Shown: positions 8,730-18,774, counted from the stretch's first letter. The stretch is 64,000 nucleotides of DNA from an uncultured Phycisphaerales bacterium (GCA_963792535.1 CAWBWQ010000001.1:480001-544000); one strand, 5' to 3'. Made by a program: numbers and translations. Notes: a model not told the origin generated them from the letters alone.

Positions 8730-10607
8730 ATGATGCTCGTACTTTTTTTCATTGTCGGGGCTTTACTTGCCGTTGGAGCATGGTTCATACCGCATCTCCA
8801 AGCGTCGGCGCAAGCAGCCGTTTCCGTCGTCGGACTGATTGTGCTGATCCTGGTGTCGGTCGCCGCGGTGATTACAAAGCTCTATCGCAAGGCATCAGCG
8901 AATATGGCGTTTGTCCGCACGGGAATGGGCGGGGTTCGCGTGATCCAGGACGGGGGAACAATCGTGCTGCCGGTGGTTCACCAGATCATCCCTGTTTCGA
9001 TGGAGACCATGCGGTTGAATGTAGAGCGGCGCGGGACGCATGCGTTGATTACCAAGGATAATCTGCGCGTGGATCTGTCAGCCGAGTTTTATATTAAGGT
9101 GCATGCCAATAGCGATGACATCCTTCAGGCGGCCAGGTCGCTGGGGGCACGCAACGTGCAGCCCGATGCCGTGAGCGAACTGGTACAGGAAAAACTCGTC
9201 AGCGCGCTCCGCACGGTGGCGGCCACAAAAGAACTCGTGGAACTGCACGCCAAGCGCGACGAATTCGCCAGCGCCGTGCAGGCGATTGTGACACATGACC
9301 TTGCCAGCAACGGGTTAACACTGGAATCGGTAACGATCTCCTCGTTAGACCAAACCGACCCGAGTCAGTTGCAGGAACGAAACGTGTTCGACGCGCAGGG
9401 GCTTCGAAAAATCGCCGAGATCACGCAGCGCGCACGGGTCGAGCGAAATGAGATTGAACGCGAGGCGGAAAAGCAGGTGCAGGAAAAGAATGTATCGACC
9501 ACCAAGAAGGTGCTCGATCTTCAGCGTGATCAGGCCGAGTTCGAGGCAGAACAGAAGATGAAAGTTGCAAATGTCCGGGCGGCACGCGACCGCGAAGTGG
9601 CGGAATTTAAGCTGGTGCAGGATGAATCGGTAAGCCGGCGGGACATCGAAAAGCAGAAGAACATTGAAACCTCGGAAGTTGAACGAACGCTTGCGGTAGA
9701 GCAGGCCCAGGTTGCCAAGCAGATAGCGTTGATTGCCAAGATCCGCGAGCAACAGACTGCTGAAATCATGAAGAAGCAGACGGTGGAAGTTGCAGAGCGT
9801 AATAAGGAAGTTGCCGTAGCCGAGGCCGAGCGCGAACGCGCCAATGCCCAGGCGGAGGTGTTGACCGCCGAGGCAGCTCGCGAGTCAGCCAAGCAGAAGG
9901 TCATCACCGTGCAGGTGAGCAGTGAAGCCGACCGCGAGGCGCAGAAGAAATTGATCAGCGCTCAGCAGTTGATTACGGAGAACAAGATTCGCGAGGAAAC
10001 GCTCGCGGATGTGTCGGCCTACATGGCGGTGAAGAAGGCCGATGCCGAGAAGCAGGCCGCCGAGGCGATCTACATGGCCAAACTGCGGCTGGCGGAAGGC
10101 GACTCGCAGGCGGCGGTGAAACGGGCCGAGGGCGACAAGGCACTCCGCATGGTCGAGGTAAACGTGGAAAGGGAAAAGGTTGGAGTTGAACAGGCGCGGG
10201 TCGAAGTGGAGCGCCAGAGCCTCGCCAATCGAAGCGAATATGATGAAGCTGCTTTGAAGTTCGAATTGGAGAAGTTGCGGATCGATGCAGAGAAGGAAGT
10301 CCGCATTCAGGCGGCCCAGGCGATGGGCAATATGCTGAGCAAGGTGCAGATGCAGATCTTCGGCGATCCGGAAACGATGGCGAAGATGAGCAACCAGTTC
10401 ATGCGGGCCGCCAGCTTGGGGCAGGCGGTGGACGGGCTGATGAAATCGATGCCACCGGGCAGCCAGGAAGTGTTGACCAAATTGGCAAGTTCAGTCGCGA
10501 CCCAGTTGTCCCCCAAAGCCGCGGCCGCTGTAGCGGAGCATGCGAACGGTAATGGCGACGCGGTGCTGGCGGAAATCAAACCGGTAGAGAAGAAGAGTCG
10601 AACCTGA
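8730..10607 (+). CDS. Flotillin/SPFH (YqiK-like) protein
   Basis: AFVRTGMGG, LITKDNLRVD, ALRTVAA, NGLTLESVTI, FDAQGL, long EA/KE-rich coiled coil. Confidence 0.93.
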   Translation: MMLVLFFIVGALLAVGAWFIPHLQASAQAAVSVVGLIVLILVSVAAVITKLYRKASANMAFVRTGMGGVRVIQDGGTIVLPVVHQIIPVSMETMRLNVERRGTHALITKDNLRVDLSAEFYIKVHANSDDILQAARSLGARNVQPDAVSELVQEKLVSALRTVAATKELVELHAKRDEFASAVQAIVTHDLASNGLTLESVTISSLDQTDPSQLQERNVFDAQGLRKIAEITQRARVERNEIEREAEKQVQEKNVSTTKKVLDLQRDQAEFEAEQKMKVANVRAARDREVAEFKLVQDESVSRRDIEKQKNIETSEVERTLAVEQAQVAKQIALIAKIREQQTAEIMKKQTVEVAERNKEVAVAEAERERANAQAEVLTAEAARESAKQKVITVQVSSEADREAQKKLISAQQLITENKIREETLADVSAYMAVKKADAEKQAAEAIYMAKLRLAEGDSQAAVKRAEGDKALRMVEVNVEREKVGVEQARVEVERQSLANRSEYDEAALKFELEKLRIDAEKEVRIQAAQAMGNMLSKVQMQIFGDPETMAKMSNQFMRAASLGQAVDGLMKSMPPGSQEVLTKLASSVATQLSPKAAAAVAEHANGNGDAVLAEIKPVEKKSRT

Positions 10608-10652
10608 CGGATGCGTTACTTGTTTCAAGGTGATGTTAAGCCGAGATGTCCT

Positions 10653-11063
10653 ATGGGTTGGAAAGAAGACCTCAATTACGGGTTGGCCGCGTTTGGCGTT
10701 CAGATTCCGGATGATGTGCCGGTGGATCGCTGGGCGGGAAAATTAGTGGGAGCGCCCGCGCGAAACACCGCCGCCGTGGTAGCCGCCAGCGCCGCGATTT
10801 TTTATGTCGCGGAGAGGGACCATAACCCGAAGGTCAATGATATCTGGGATGCCTTTGTGTATTGCTCGACCTGCCTCAGTGTCGGATATGGCGACATATT
10901 TGCCCGGACGCCCGTGGGGAAAATTTTGGGAACCACACTGATGACACTGGGGCCTGCTTTATCAGGGCAGGCCCTTGGCGGTGAATCTGAGGCTAAAGCG
11001 GAACGGCTGCAGGAAGAAGTTCTGGCAACGCTAAGGTCGATCCTCGAACGAATGCCGGTTTAA
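10653..11063 (+). CDS. Small KcsA-like (ion channel 2) potassium channel
   Basis: TM, pore helix IWDAFVYCSTCL, filter SVGYGD, then ARTPVGKILG TM; about 136 aa. Confidence 0.85.
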   Translation: MGWKEDLNYGLAAFGVQIPDDVPVDRWAGKLVGAPARNTAAVVAASAAIFYVAERDHNPKVNDIWDAFVYCSTCLSVGYGDIFARTPVGKILGTTLMTLGPALSGQALGGESEAKAERLQEEVLATLRSILERMPV

Positions 11064-11120
11064 CTTCGGGCGGTGTCCCAGTGGATGGTTTCACAAGCAA
11101 GCGACGGTAGACTTGAAGCC

Positions 11121-11783
11121 ATGCACGATATGCTGGAGCATCCCAAGCAGCCTGTCACGGACAAGGATACCGGGCGGCTGGAGTCGTTCAGTGATGGTGT
11201 CTTTGCGGTGGCAATGACTCTGCTTGTCGTTAATCTGACGGTTCCCATGGGGCCGAACAATCACCCGCTTGCCGGTGCCGCTCAGTTGTGGAACGCGCTG
11301 GCGCAAAACTGGCCGTCCTATTTTGCATTTCTGACCAGCTTCGGCACGGTGCTGATCATGTGGATCAATCACCACAGCATCTTCAATTTGATTCGCCGCA
11401 CCGACGGAAACCTGCTTTTTGCCAACGGGTTTTTATTGCTCCTGGTTACTGTGGTACCGTTCCCCACGGCGTTGGTGGCTAACTACCTGCGTACGCCCGG
11501 CGCGACGGTGGCTTGCGTTGTCTACGCGGGGATATTTGTGTTGATCAGTATCAGCTACGGTTCCGTGCTGGTTTCGGCCCGGCGTGGAGGGCACATTTTA
11601 CCAGGGTCCAAGGATGAAGTGGACGAACGCATTCGCAACTGCTTTCGAGTTGGAACGCCACTTTATTCGCTTGCAACCGTAGCCGGTTTCTACAGCCCCT
11701 GGGTGAGCCTGGGTATTTGCTCAGCTCTCTGGATCTACTGGGCGGTGGTGGGAGTAAACGGCGGGCGGGCTTTCACAGCTTAG
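11121..11783 (+). CDS. TMEM175 family (DUF1211) potassium channel
   Basis: RLESFSDGVFAVAMTLLV, SF..VLIMWINHH, VPFPT. Confidence 0.92.
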   Translation: MHDMLEHPKQPVTDKDTGRLESFSDGVFAVAMTLLVVNLTVPMGPNNHPLAGAAQLWNALAQNWPSYFAFLTSFGTVLIMWINHHSIFNLIRRTDGNLLFANGFLLLLVTVVPFPTALVANYLRTPGATVACVVYAGIFVLISISYGSVLVSARRGGHILPGSKDEVDERIRNCFRVGTPLYSLATVAGFYSPWVSLGICSALWIYWAVVGVNGGRAFTA

Positions 11784-11894
11784 GCTCGGCAGACGAAGAT
11801 CCCAGCATCCGCGATCTGCGCGTAGGAGTCAAAGAGGCCCTTCGAGCGAGACTGTACGACGTATCGGGTCGATCGGTTGGTGCTGACGCGATGC

Positions 11895-11938
11895 AAAAAA
11901 ACCGACCCCCGGCAGAACCGGGGGTCGAGCTTGTTTTT
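11895..11938. terminator. Intrinsic terminator, probably bidirectional (pnp and the flotillin/K-channel unit converge here)
   Basis: A7 run, stem CGACCCCCGG / CCGGGGGTCG with 5-nt loop, then GCTTGTTTTT. Confidence 0.85.
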
Positions 11939-11975
11939 ATCGGAATCCGCAGGCGCCATTGACGCCACGAGGCTG

Positions 11976-14222
11976 TTAATCGCGGCGTGGACCACGTGAA
12001 CCACCGCCGCGGGGTCCTCGGTCATCTCTTCGGGGACCTCGATCATCGCGCTGACTACCACCGCCGCCAGCGGGAGCGCCAGCCGGCTCGGGGTCGCTTT
12101 CGCCGAGTTCAAGCATGGCGGCCTTGCGGCTTAACTTGATGCGGCCCTGGTCATCAATCAAGAGCACCTTGACCTTAATTTCCTGGCCGACCTCCACGAT
12201 GTTTTCGACGCGGTCGACATATTTGTCGCTCAGTTCTGAGACATGGCAAAGTCCGTCAGTATCAGGAGCGATTTCAACAAACGCGCCGAAATCCTTGATG
12301 CTTACCACGCGACCGCCGTAGATCTTGCCGACCTTCACCTCAGCGGTCATCGCCTCGATGATGTCGCGGCAACGCTCGGCACCTGCGCTGTCGGTGCTGC
12401 TGATATACACAGTACCGTCGTCTTCGATATCGACGTTCGCGCCGGTATCGGCCTGCAGGGCCTTGATGTTTTTGCCGCCTGGACCAATGAGCTTGCCGAT
12501 CTTCTCCGGGTCGATCTTTACTGTCAGCAGGCGCGGGGCCCACTGGCTGATCGTCGGGCGAGGGGCCGGCAGGGTCTTTTCCATGATATCCAGGATCTTG
12601 TTCCGGGCATCTTTGGCGCGGTGCAGAGTGTCGCGGATGATACGATAGTCTATCCCTTCGATTTTGATGTCGAGTTGGATAGCGGTGATGCCGTCGCGGG
12701 TTCCGCAAACCTTAAAGTCCATGTCACCGAAATGATCCTCTTCACCGATGATGTCGGTGAGAAGCTCGGTTCGGTCGCCTTCTTTGACAAGTCCAATACT
12801 GATGCCGGCAACCAGCTTGGTGATAGGCACGCCGGCATCCATTAAAGCCAGGCACCCGCCGCAGCTGCTGGCCATCGAACTGGAACCGTTGGATTCCAGG
12901 ATGTCGCTGATGACTTGAACGGTGTAAGGAAACACATCCACGCCTGGCAGAACCGCAATCAGGCTGCGTTCGGCCAATGCACCATGGCCAATCTCCCGAC
13001 GGCCCGGGCCACGGATAGGACGAACTTCACCCACGCTGTAGCTGGGGAAATTATAGTGCAGCATGAACTTCTGGCTGTACTCCTGGATCAGTCCGTCCAC
13101 CATCTGTTCATCACCGCTTGTACCCAGGGTGACTGTGCACATCGCCTGGGTTTCACCGCGGGTGAACACGGCCGATCCGTGCACGCGGGGCAGGATACCA
13201 ACGCTGCAACTGATGGGGCGGATATCGCCAAAACCGCGACCGTCCGGACGAACTCCGCCGAGGATCGCCTCGCGAGTCGCGTGCTCTTCCACTTCTCCAA
13301 AGACCTGGCGAATCTGCTTGATCTTGTCCTTATGAGCGGTGATGGCCGAGTAAGAAGCGTGCGGGTCCAGGGCGGTTGGCGAAGGCGCGATTTCCTGAAT
13401 CAGGTCGCCGAGGATTTTCTTGGTGGCTTCAGATCGATCGGACTTGCCGGCGATGCCTTTGACGTCCCGGATCTTCTGGCTGATCTTCGACTTGATCTCC
13501 TGCACCAGAGCGGGATCGGCGAGCTTTGCTTCGCCGACCTTGGCATGTCCGGCTTTCTTCTGCAGTTCTTCGATTGCGCTCACGATTTCGACCACAGCTT
13601 TGTGACCGAATTCGATTGCGTCGGCCGCTTCGTCTTCCTTGAGTTCGCGCGATCCGATTTCAATCATGTTCACGGCGTTTTTCGTGCCGGCGACGACCAG
13701 ATCAAAATCGCTGTATTCCAGCTGTTCGACGGTCGGGAACAGGATCAGTTCACCGTTGACCCGCCCCACGCGGGCGTGCGCGGTGGCGAACAGGAACGGG
13801 ATGTCGCTAATGACCAGAGCGGCGCTGGCGGCGACGCCGGCAAACACATCCGGATCGTTTTCACCGTCAAAGGCAAGTACATTCAGATGAATCTGCACTT
13901 CGTCAATGAATCCTTTTGGAAACAGCGGACGCAGTGGACGATCGATCAGGCGGGCGGTGAGAATTTCCTTGGTGGTGGGGCGTCCCTCGCGCTTGAGAAA
14001 CCCGCCGGGAAATTTGCCGGCTGCTGCTCGACGTTCACGGTAATCCACCTGCAGTGGGAAGAAATCAATATTCTCCCGCGGATTGGCTCGCACCACCGCG
14101 GCAAAAACGACCGTCTGGCCGTACTGCACGGTGACAGATCCGTCGGAAAGTTTTGCAAAAGTGCCTGTTTCGATGGAGAGAGTACGGCCGCCGATCTGGC
14201 GTTCAACGCGAATCGCTTGCAT
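11976..14222 (-). CDS. pnp: Polyribonucleotide nucleotidyltransferase
   Basis: DFFPLQVDYRE, RLIDRPLRPLFP, HGSAVFTRGETQ, RREIGHGALA, ESNGSSSMAS, GDMDFKV, KH and S1 domains. Start at ATG 14222; the longer ORF start merely reads through the repeat. Confidence 0.98.
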   Translation of the reverse strand: MQAIRVERQIGGRTLSIETGTFAKLSDGSVTVQYGQTVVFAAVVRANPRENIDFFPLQVDYRERRAAAGKFPGGFLKREGRPTTKEILTARLIDRPLRPLFPKGFIDEVQIHLNVLAFDGENDPDVFAGVAASAALVISDIPFLFATAHARVGRVNGELILFPTVEQLEYSDFDLVVAGTKNAVNMIEIGSRELKEDEAADAIEFGHKAVVEIVSAIEELQKKAGHAKVGEAKLADPALVQEIKSKISQKIRDVKGIAGKSDRSEATKKILGDLIQEIAPSPTALDPHASYSAITAHKDKIKQIRQVFGEVEEHATREAILGGVRPDGRGFGDIRPISCSVGILPRVHGSAVFTRGETQAMCTVTLGTSGDEQMVDGLIQEYSQKFMLHYNFPSYSVGEVRPIRGPGRREIGHGALAERSLIAVLPGVDVFPYTVQVISDILESNGSSSMASSCGGCLALMDAGVPITKLVAGISIGLVKEGDRTELLTDIIGEEDHFGDMDFKVCGTRDGITAIQLDIKIEGIDYRIIRDTLHRAKDARNKILDIMEKTLPAPRPTISQWAPRLLTVKIDPEKIGKLIGPGGKNIKALQADTGANVDIEDDGTVYISSTDSAGAERCRDIIEAMTAEVKVGKIYGGRVVSIKDFGAFVEIAPDTDGLCHVSELSDKYVDRVENIVEVGQEIKVKVLLIDDQGRIKLSRKAAMLELGESDPEPAGAPAGGGGSQRDDRGPRRDDRGPRGGGSRGPRRD

Positions 14223-14253
14223 GAGATCTATCCTTGATGGCCCCGGGAAAAGT

Positions 14254-14338
14254 GAGGATTGAGGATAGAAGATAGAGGATCGCAAATGCCGCGGCGCGTC
14301 TGAAATCCTCTATCTTCGATCCTCTATCCTCGATTCTC
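14254..14338. repeat. Second palindromic heptamer array: 4 x GAGGATN, 22-nt spacer, 5 x NATCCTC
   Basis: GAGGATT GAGGATA GAAGATA GAGGATC ... AATCCTC TATCTTC GATCCTC TATCCTC GATTCTC. Confidence 0.93.
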
Positions 14339-14413
14339 TAAAGTCCTGGCAACCGGATGCACATCGGGCACAACTTGGGGCTTGTAGAAGGTGTGCGACG
14401 GAATCCGGTGGGT

Positions 14414-14447
14414 AAACAAAATCGGGGCACGCACACGCGTGCCCCGA
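14414..14447 (-). terminator. Intrinsic terminator/attenuator after rpsO
   Basis: Perfect 11-bp stem TCGGGGCACGC / GCGTGCCCCGA with 4-nt loop, followed on the minus strand by TTTTGTTT. Confidence 0.8.
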
Positions 14448-14458
14448 AGGGTTTTGAA

Positions 14459-14728
14459 TTATTTTCGAAGCCCGAGGCGTCCAATGATCTGTTGATATCG
14501 CGTCCGATCCTCACGGGTCAGATATTTCAACAGGCTGTTTCTCTTGCTGACCATCTTCAGCAACCCGCGGCGCGAAGAGTGGTCCTTTTTATGCGTTCGC
14601 AGATGCTCGGTCAGTTCAACGATTCGCTTGGTGAGCAGTGCGATTTGCACTTCCGGCGAACCAGTGTCCTTTTCGTGGATTTTATAATCAGTAAGAACCT
14701 GCGTTTTTGCTTCAGCGGTCATCGACAT
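14459..14728 (-). CDS. rpsO: 30S ribosomal protein S15
   Basis: [35 protein letters not shown]; canonical rpsO-pnp order. Confidence 0.98.
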   Translation of the reverse strand: MSMTAEAKTQVLTDYKIHEKDTGSPEVQIALLTKRIVELTEHLRTHKKDHSSRRGLLKMVSKRNSLLKYLTREDRTRYQQIIGRLGLRK

Positions 14729-15039
14729 AATGGAAACTCCCAGAGACACCAGGCGGCTAGCTGTTAGACAAAACAGCCGGCACAGCCGGTCAGCGACAAT
14801 ATCCAGCCCGCAACATGCAAAGCCTTTGGAGTCGCGGCGAGGAAGGATACGGGGTCAGGCAAGCGGAAGCAAGCGGATCGCGTCAAATCATGGGCCGCGC
14901 GGACCGGCGAACATGTCGATTGATTAGAGCACAAAATAGTTGGCGCTGAGCGGATAAAGTCGGTAGACTCATCTGAGTTGATGCATGTCGATCGGGAGGC
15001 GTTGCCTTCTGACCAATTCATTTCAAGTGACGAGGACAT

Positions 15040-16215
15040 ATGAAGTCAGCAAGATTGATGGTGGCGGCACTTTTGGTGGCTGGAATGATGACGGCTTCGG
15101 TCCGGGCGGATGACCCGGTTGCAGCACCACCGGCGGCGCCGGCACCGGCCAGCGCGCCGGCTAAACCGGGCGTGACTTTGGTCAATATTCATATGGATAA
15201 GGCCATGCCGCAGGACGTGTTTGACGAGTTGGGGAAGCAAAGCGGAGTGAAGTTCTCGACAAACGGAAATCTGTGGGAGCAGGAGTCGATGTCGGCGGAA
15301 AACGATATCGATCTGACCAATCGCCCATTCTGGTCCGCGGTCAACCAGGTATGCGGGTTGTGGAATATCACACCGCAGATGAATTACGGAATGAATAACG
15401 GCTCAAAACGAATCATGCTGCAGCAGGTTTACGGCAATAACGCCCCGACCGGCGAAGGGCAGAAGAGCAAGGTGCCCACCTTTGAAAGCGAAGGATTTGT
15501 GGTTCAGGCGGTTTCGTTTAATCGCCAGCAGTCGATCAACTACGCTGCACGGGAACAATCGCAGAATTTCTGTTCTTTACAGCTGATGGTTTTCGTTGAT
15601 CCCTCGCTGCATCTGCTGAGTTTCAATCAATCGGCCCGGGCGACTGAGGCGGTGGATGATGCGGGCAATTCGATGGTGCCCGATCAGCGAAATAATAGTT
15701 TCTATGGAGGCAGTGGGCAGTCGTCCCTGATCTACAGCATCACAGTGCCGTTGAAATTTCCCGATGCACCCGGCAAGAAAATATCGCGCCTCAAATGCGT
15801 TCTCGCCATGCGCGGCAGCGACAGTGTGGATACAATGACCGTTGATAAGCCGCTTGAAGCTCCGGAAAGTACGAAAGCGTTTGGCGATATCAGCGTGACC
15901 TTCCATTCAATTAAAAAATCTTCCAATGGATATGAATTGAAGATTGGTGTCACCAATGACGGCGATAATCAAGGCGGAAATAACTTTTGGAATATGATCC
16001 AGAGCGCGCAGTTGCTCGACGAGAAGGGCAGAGCCTATTCGTACAGCGGCGGAGGCGGCGGTGGCGGGAACGAGATGCTGGAGTATACCGTAAACTACAG
16101 CAATAACGGTGGGGACGAGAGCGCTGGCGCACCTGTCAAATGGGTGTTCTCCATGCCTACTAAGACGCACGCGATAAAGCTGCCGATCGAGTTCACGGAT
16201 TTGAAATTACCGTGA
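15040..16215 (+). CDS. Secreted hypothetical protein
   Basis: GAGGA RBS, signal peptide ending ASVRA-DD, Pro/Ala linker, beta-rich body; no recognised domain. Confidence 0.8.
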   Translation: MKSARLMVAALLVAGMMTASVRADDPVAAPPAAPAPASAPAKPGVTLVNIHMDKAMPQDVFDELGKQSGVKFSTNGNLWEQESMSAENDIDLTNRPFWSAVNQVCGLWNITPQMNYGMNNGSKRIMLQQVYGNNAPTGEGQKSKVPTFESEGFVVQAVSFNRQQSINYAAREQSQNFCSLQLMVFVDPSLHLLSFNQSARATEAVDDAGNSMVPDQRNNSFYGGSGQSSLIYSITVPLKFPDAPGKKISRLKCVLAMRGSDSVDTMTVDKPLEAPESTKAFGDISVTFHSIKKSSNGYELKIGVTNDGDNQGGNNFWNMIQSAQLLDEKGRAYSYSGGGGGGGNEMLEYTVNYSNNGGDESAGAPVKWVFSMPTKTHAIKLPIEFTDLKLP

Positions 16216-16228
16216 CGCGCGGGCGAGT

Positions 16229-17422
16229 TCACTCGGCGTTGATCGAAACTGGAACCGTTGCCTCGGCAACATGATTGGCGTTCTCGTCTTTGATTGAGAC
16301 CTTCAGCAGATATCGCCCGACGGTGAGGTTGGCAGGCAGGCGGATAACATTGTAGGCAAAAAAGTCGTGTCGGCGGTTGCGGCATTCATCGGTGACCTTT
16401 CTCGCGGTATCGCTCCACGCGAGCATTCCCGAATCGGTATAGACCGCTACCTGTTCGGAGAAGTTAGTCTCCCACATCTGGGCGGAAGTGCGCTTGGTGA
16501 GGAAGTTCTCTACTTCGCAGTAAACAATCGCGGCGTTTTCCCGGCCAGCGGGAAAGGTGGCGGGCGAAATGGGATCGTATTTTCCAAACCCGTCCACGCG
16601 CCGGCACAGGGCGATGGTGGAGACAGTCAGGTCCGCCTGCGACCGCAGACGGTCGGCCATTTCCAGAAGTGGTTTGATTTTTTGTGCCGCCAGCAGGTTC
16701 CCATTCTCGCGGACTGTGGATCGGAAATTGTTGAGGCCATCCACCAGGGCTGAAACGAGTTCGCGATCATCGCTTGGCAGCGCGGAAACCGCCGCGAGCT
16801 CGGCAGTGGGATCGTCGCTGAGAAGCGCGTACAGTTGCACGTCAAGTTGGTCGGCGATGTCCTGAGGGTTCTGGTTCAGACGCTTTCGCAGCCGCTCGCC
16901 CAGCGGATCCGCCTTGTTGCCTGACATCGACGAAATTGATTGAAAGTCAGCGGATTCAGGCAAGATCTGCGGACCGTCGCCTGCAGGACTTGATCGCGCT
17001 GAAGCCAAAACGGCTGCGCCGGCACCAGAGGATGTGGCGTCCGCTGGCACTACGGCTGGTGCAACGGCTGGGGCCACGGGTGGGGCTGTCAACGTGCGGA
17101 CGATGTCAGAAGGTGTCTGGCGGACGGGCGTTTGTGCGAACCGGACTGATGCAGGGTCCGCGCCCACCGCCGCCACAGGCGGGGAGTTATCGGCGGTTTG
17201 CATGGTTTTGGCGTAATCCGCAGCCTTTGTTGCCAATAGATCAGACGCGCTGGGACCTGCAGCCGCTTCCCACTTGGGGCTCTCTTCGATCGGTTGGGTC
17301 GCGGCGGGGGGGACCTGGACTTTCACAGAATGGACTCGGGAAACCGACGATTTGTTTGCCGCCGGCCCCGCACAGCCCGCCAGCAGTACCAGACTCAGCC
17401 CCACATATCGACTTTTTCTCAT
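16229..17422 (-). CDS. Hypothetical lipoprotein
   Basis: Lipobox LLAGC, low-complexity N-half, C-terminal Ig-like region (LCRRVDGFGKY..IVYCEVENF..GRYLLKVSIKD). Confidence 0.8.
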   Translation of the reverse strand: MRKSRYVGLSLVLLAGCAGPAANKSSVSRVHSVKVQVPPAATQPIEESPKWEAAAGPSASDLLATKAADYAKTMQTADNSPPVAAVGADPASVRFAQTPVRQTPSDIVRTLTAPPVAPAVAPAVVPADATSSGAGAAVLASARSSPAGDGPQILPESADFQSISSMSGNKADPLGERLRKRLNQNPQDIADQLDVQLYALLSDDPTAELAAVSALPSDDRELVSALVDGLNNFRSTVRENGNLLAAQKIKPLLEMADRLRSQADLTVSTIALCRRVDGFGKYDPISPATFPAGRENAAIVYCEVENFLTKRTSAQMWETNFSEQVAVYTDSGMLAWSDTARKVTDECRNRRHDFFAYNVIRLPANLTVGRYLLKVSIKDENANHVAEATVPVSINAE

Positions 17423-17636
17423 AGCCCATCCTTGGATTTGTGACTTTCATCATCCTGACGAAAGTTTGCCATCGAAAACTATAACGCATGCAGGTGAAGG
17501 ATCAAGAAGTATTGATATTGAATCAACCGGGTACCTGTATTTCGTCGTCAAGAACACCGGCGGCGGATTTAGCACCGCACCGAATGCGAATTGATTGACA
17601 GTTTCGACTATACTTTTTCCTCTTTTGGAGATTGTA

Positions 17637-18706
17637 ATGCCCGTGCAGGAAGAACAAGTGTTGGCCGCTTTGCGGACCGTGAAGGACCCGGAGATTTTCA
17701 AGGATATTGTCGTCCTGGGTCGCGTAAAGGAATTCCAGATCGACGATACCACCGTGCGTTTACGTATGGACCATGGCAACGCGACGGGACCTACTCGCGA
17801 CAAGATCGAGCAAGGTGTCAAGGAGGCCCTGCGTAATATCGGCGCTGAGACAGTAGAGATTCAGAACGTGGGTGCCCCCGCACCGGCGGCGGCTGCCCGC
17901 AGTTCGGCTTTGCCACAGGTGAAACATGTTATCGCGGTTGGTGCGGGGAAGGGCGGGGTAGGTAAATCAACTCTGGCGTTGAACCTGGCGATCGGTCTTC
18001 GTAGAACCGGCTTGAACGTCGGCATCATGGACGGCGACATTTATGGCCCAAGTATGCCCACGATGCTGGGGATCAAGGGATTGGAACCGCAGGTTTATCA
18101 GGGGAAGATTCTTCCTTTTGTGGTGCATGGGTTACATGCAATTACAATCGGCGCGTTGGTGGAGCAGGACAAACCGTTGATTTGCGCGGGCCAATGGCTC
18201 ATGGCGCGTTCAAGCAGTTGCTGGTGGACAACACGCAGTGGCCGGCGCTCGACTATTTAATTGTCGATCTCCCGCCCGGTACTGGCGATGTTCCGTTGAC
18301 GTTGTGTCAGTTATTGCCATTAACTGGCGCGGTGATTGTAGCGACACCGCAGCAGGTGGCACTGGACGATGCGGTGCGCACGGTGAAGATGTTTCAGCAG
18401 TTGGAAGCGCCTGTGCTGGGGTTAATTGAGAATATGAGCTATATCCCGTTGCCGGACGGGACGATCATGGATCTGTTTGGTCAGGGCGGGACAGAGAAAT
18501 GTGCACAGTCGCTGGGCTTGCCTTATCTGGGAGCGGTTCCAATGTTCACCGAACTTCGCCAGAACAGCGATGCCGGTACGCCGGAGAGAAACTACGAAGG
18601 AACCCCCGCTTTGCGAACAGCGTTGGAAACGATAGTTACTAATCTGGTGGACCAGGTAACCAAGCGAAGCTTGAGCGATGTGGTACCGCAGTTAACAATC
18701 CGATGA
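17637..18706 (+). CDS. apbC: Mrp/ApbC/NBP35 Fe-S cluster carrier ATPase, apparent frameshift at about 18185
   Basis: DUF59-like N-terminus (VKDPEIFKDIV), GKGGVGKST, DGDIYGPS, IW-RGPM broken by a 1-nt loss, DLPPGTGD, TPQQVAL. Confidence 0.93.
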
Positions 18707-18774
18707 CCCCCGAGGGCCATCCGTATGCGGCGGCATTCAGAGAATCGCCGGGGCTATAAGCTGGAACAAAGTTA

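Noticed and set aside
12915..14237. 440-aa plus-strand ORF and similar long antisense ORFs over lon and argD
   Set aside because: Shadow ORFs opposite highly conserved genes in GC-rich DNA, with no recognisable motifs.
14223..14285. N-terminal extension of PNPase (MRSSIFYPQSS...)
   Set aside because: It reads through the repeat array; ATG 14222 has its own AAGGA RBS.
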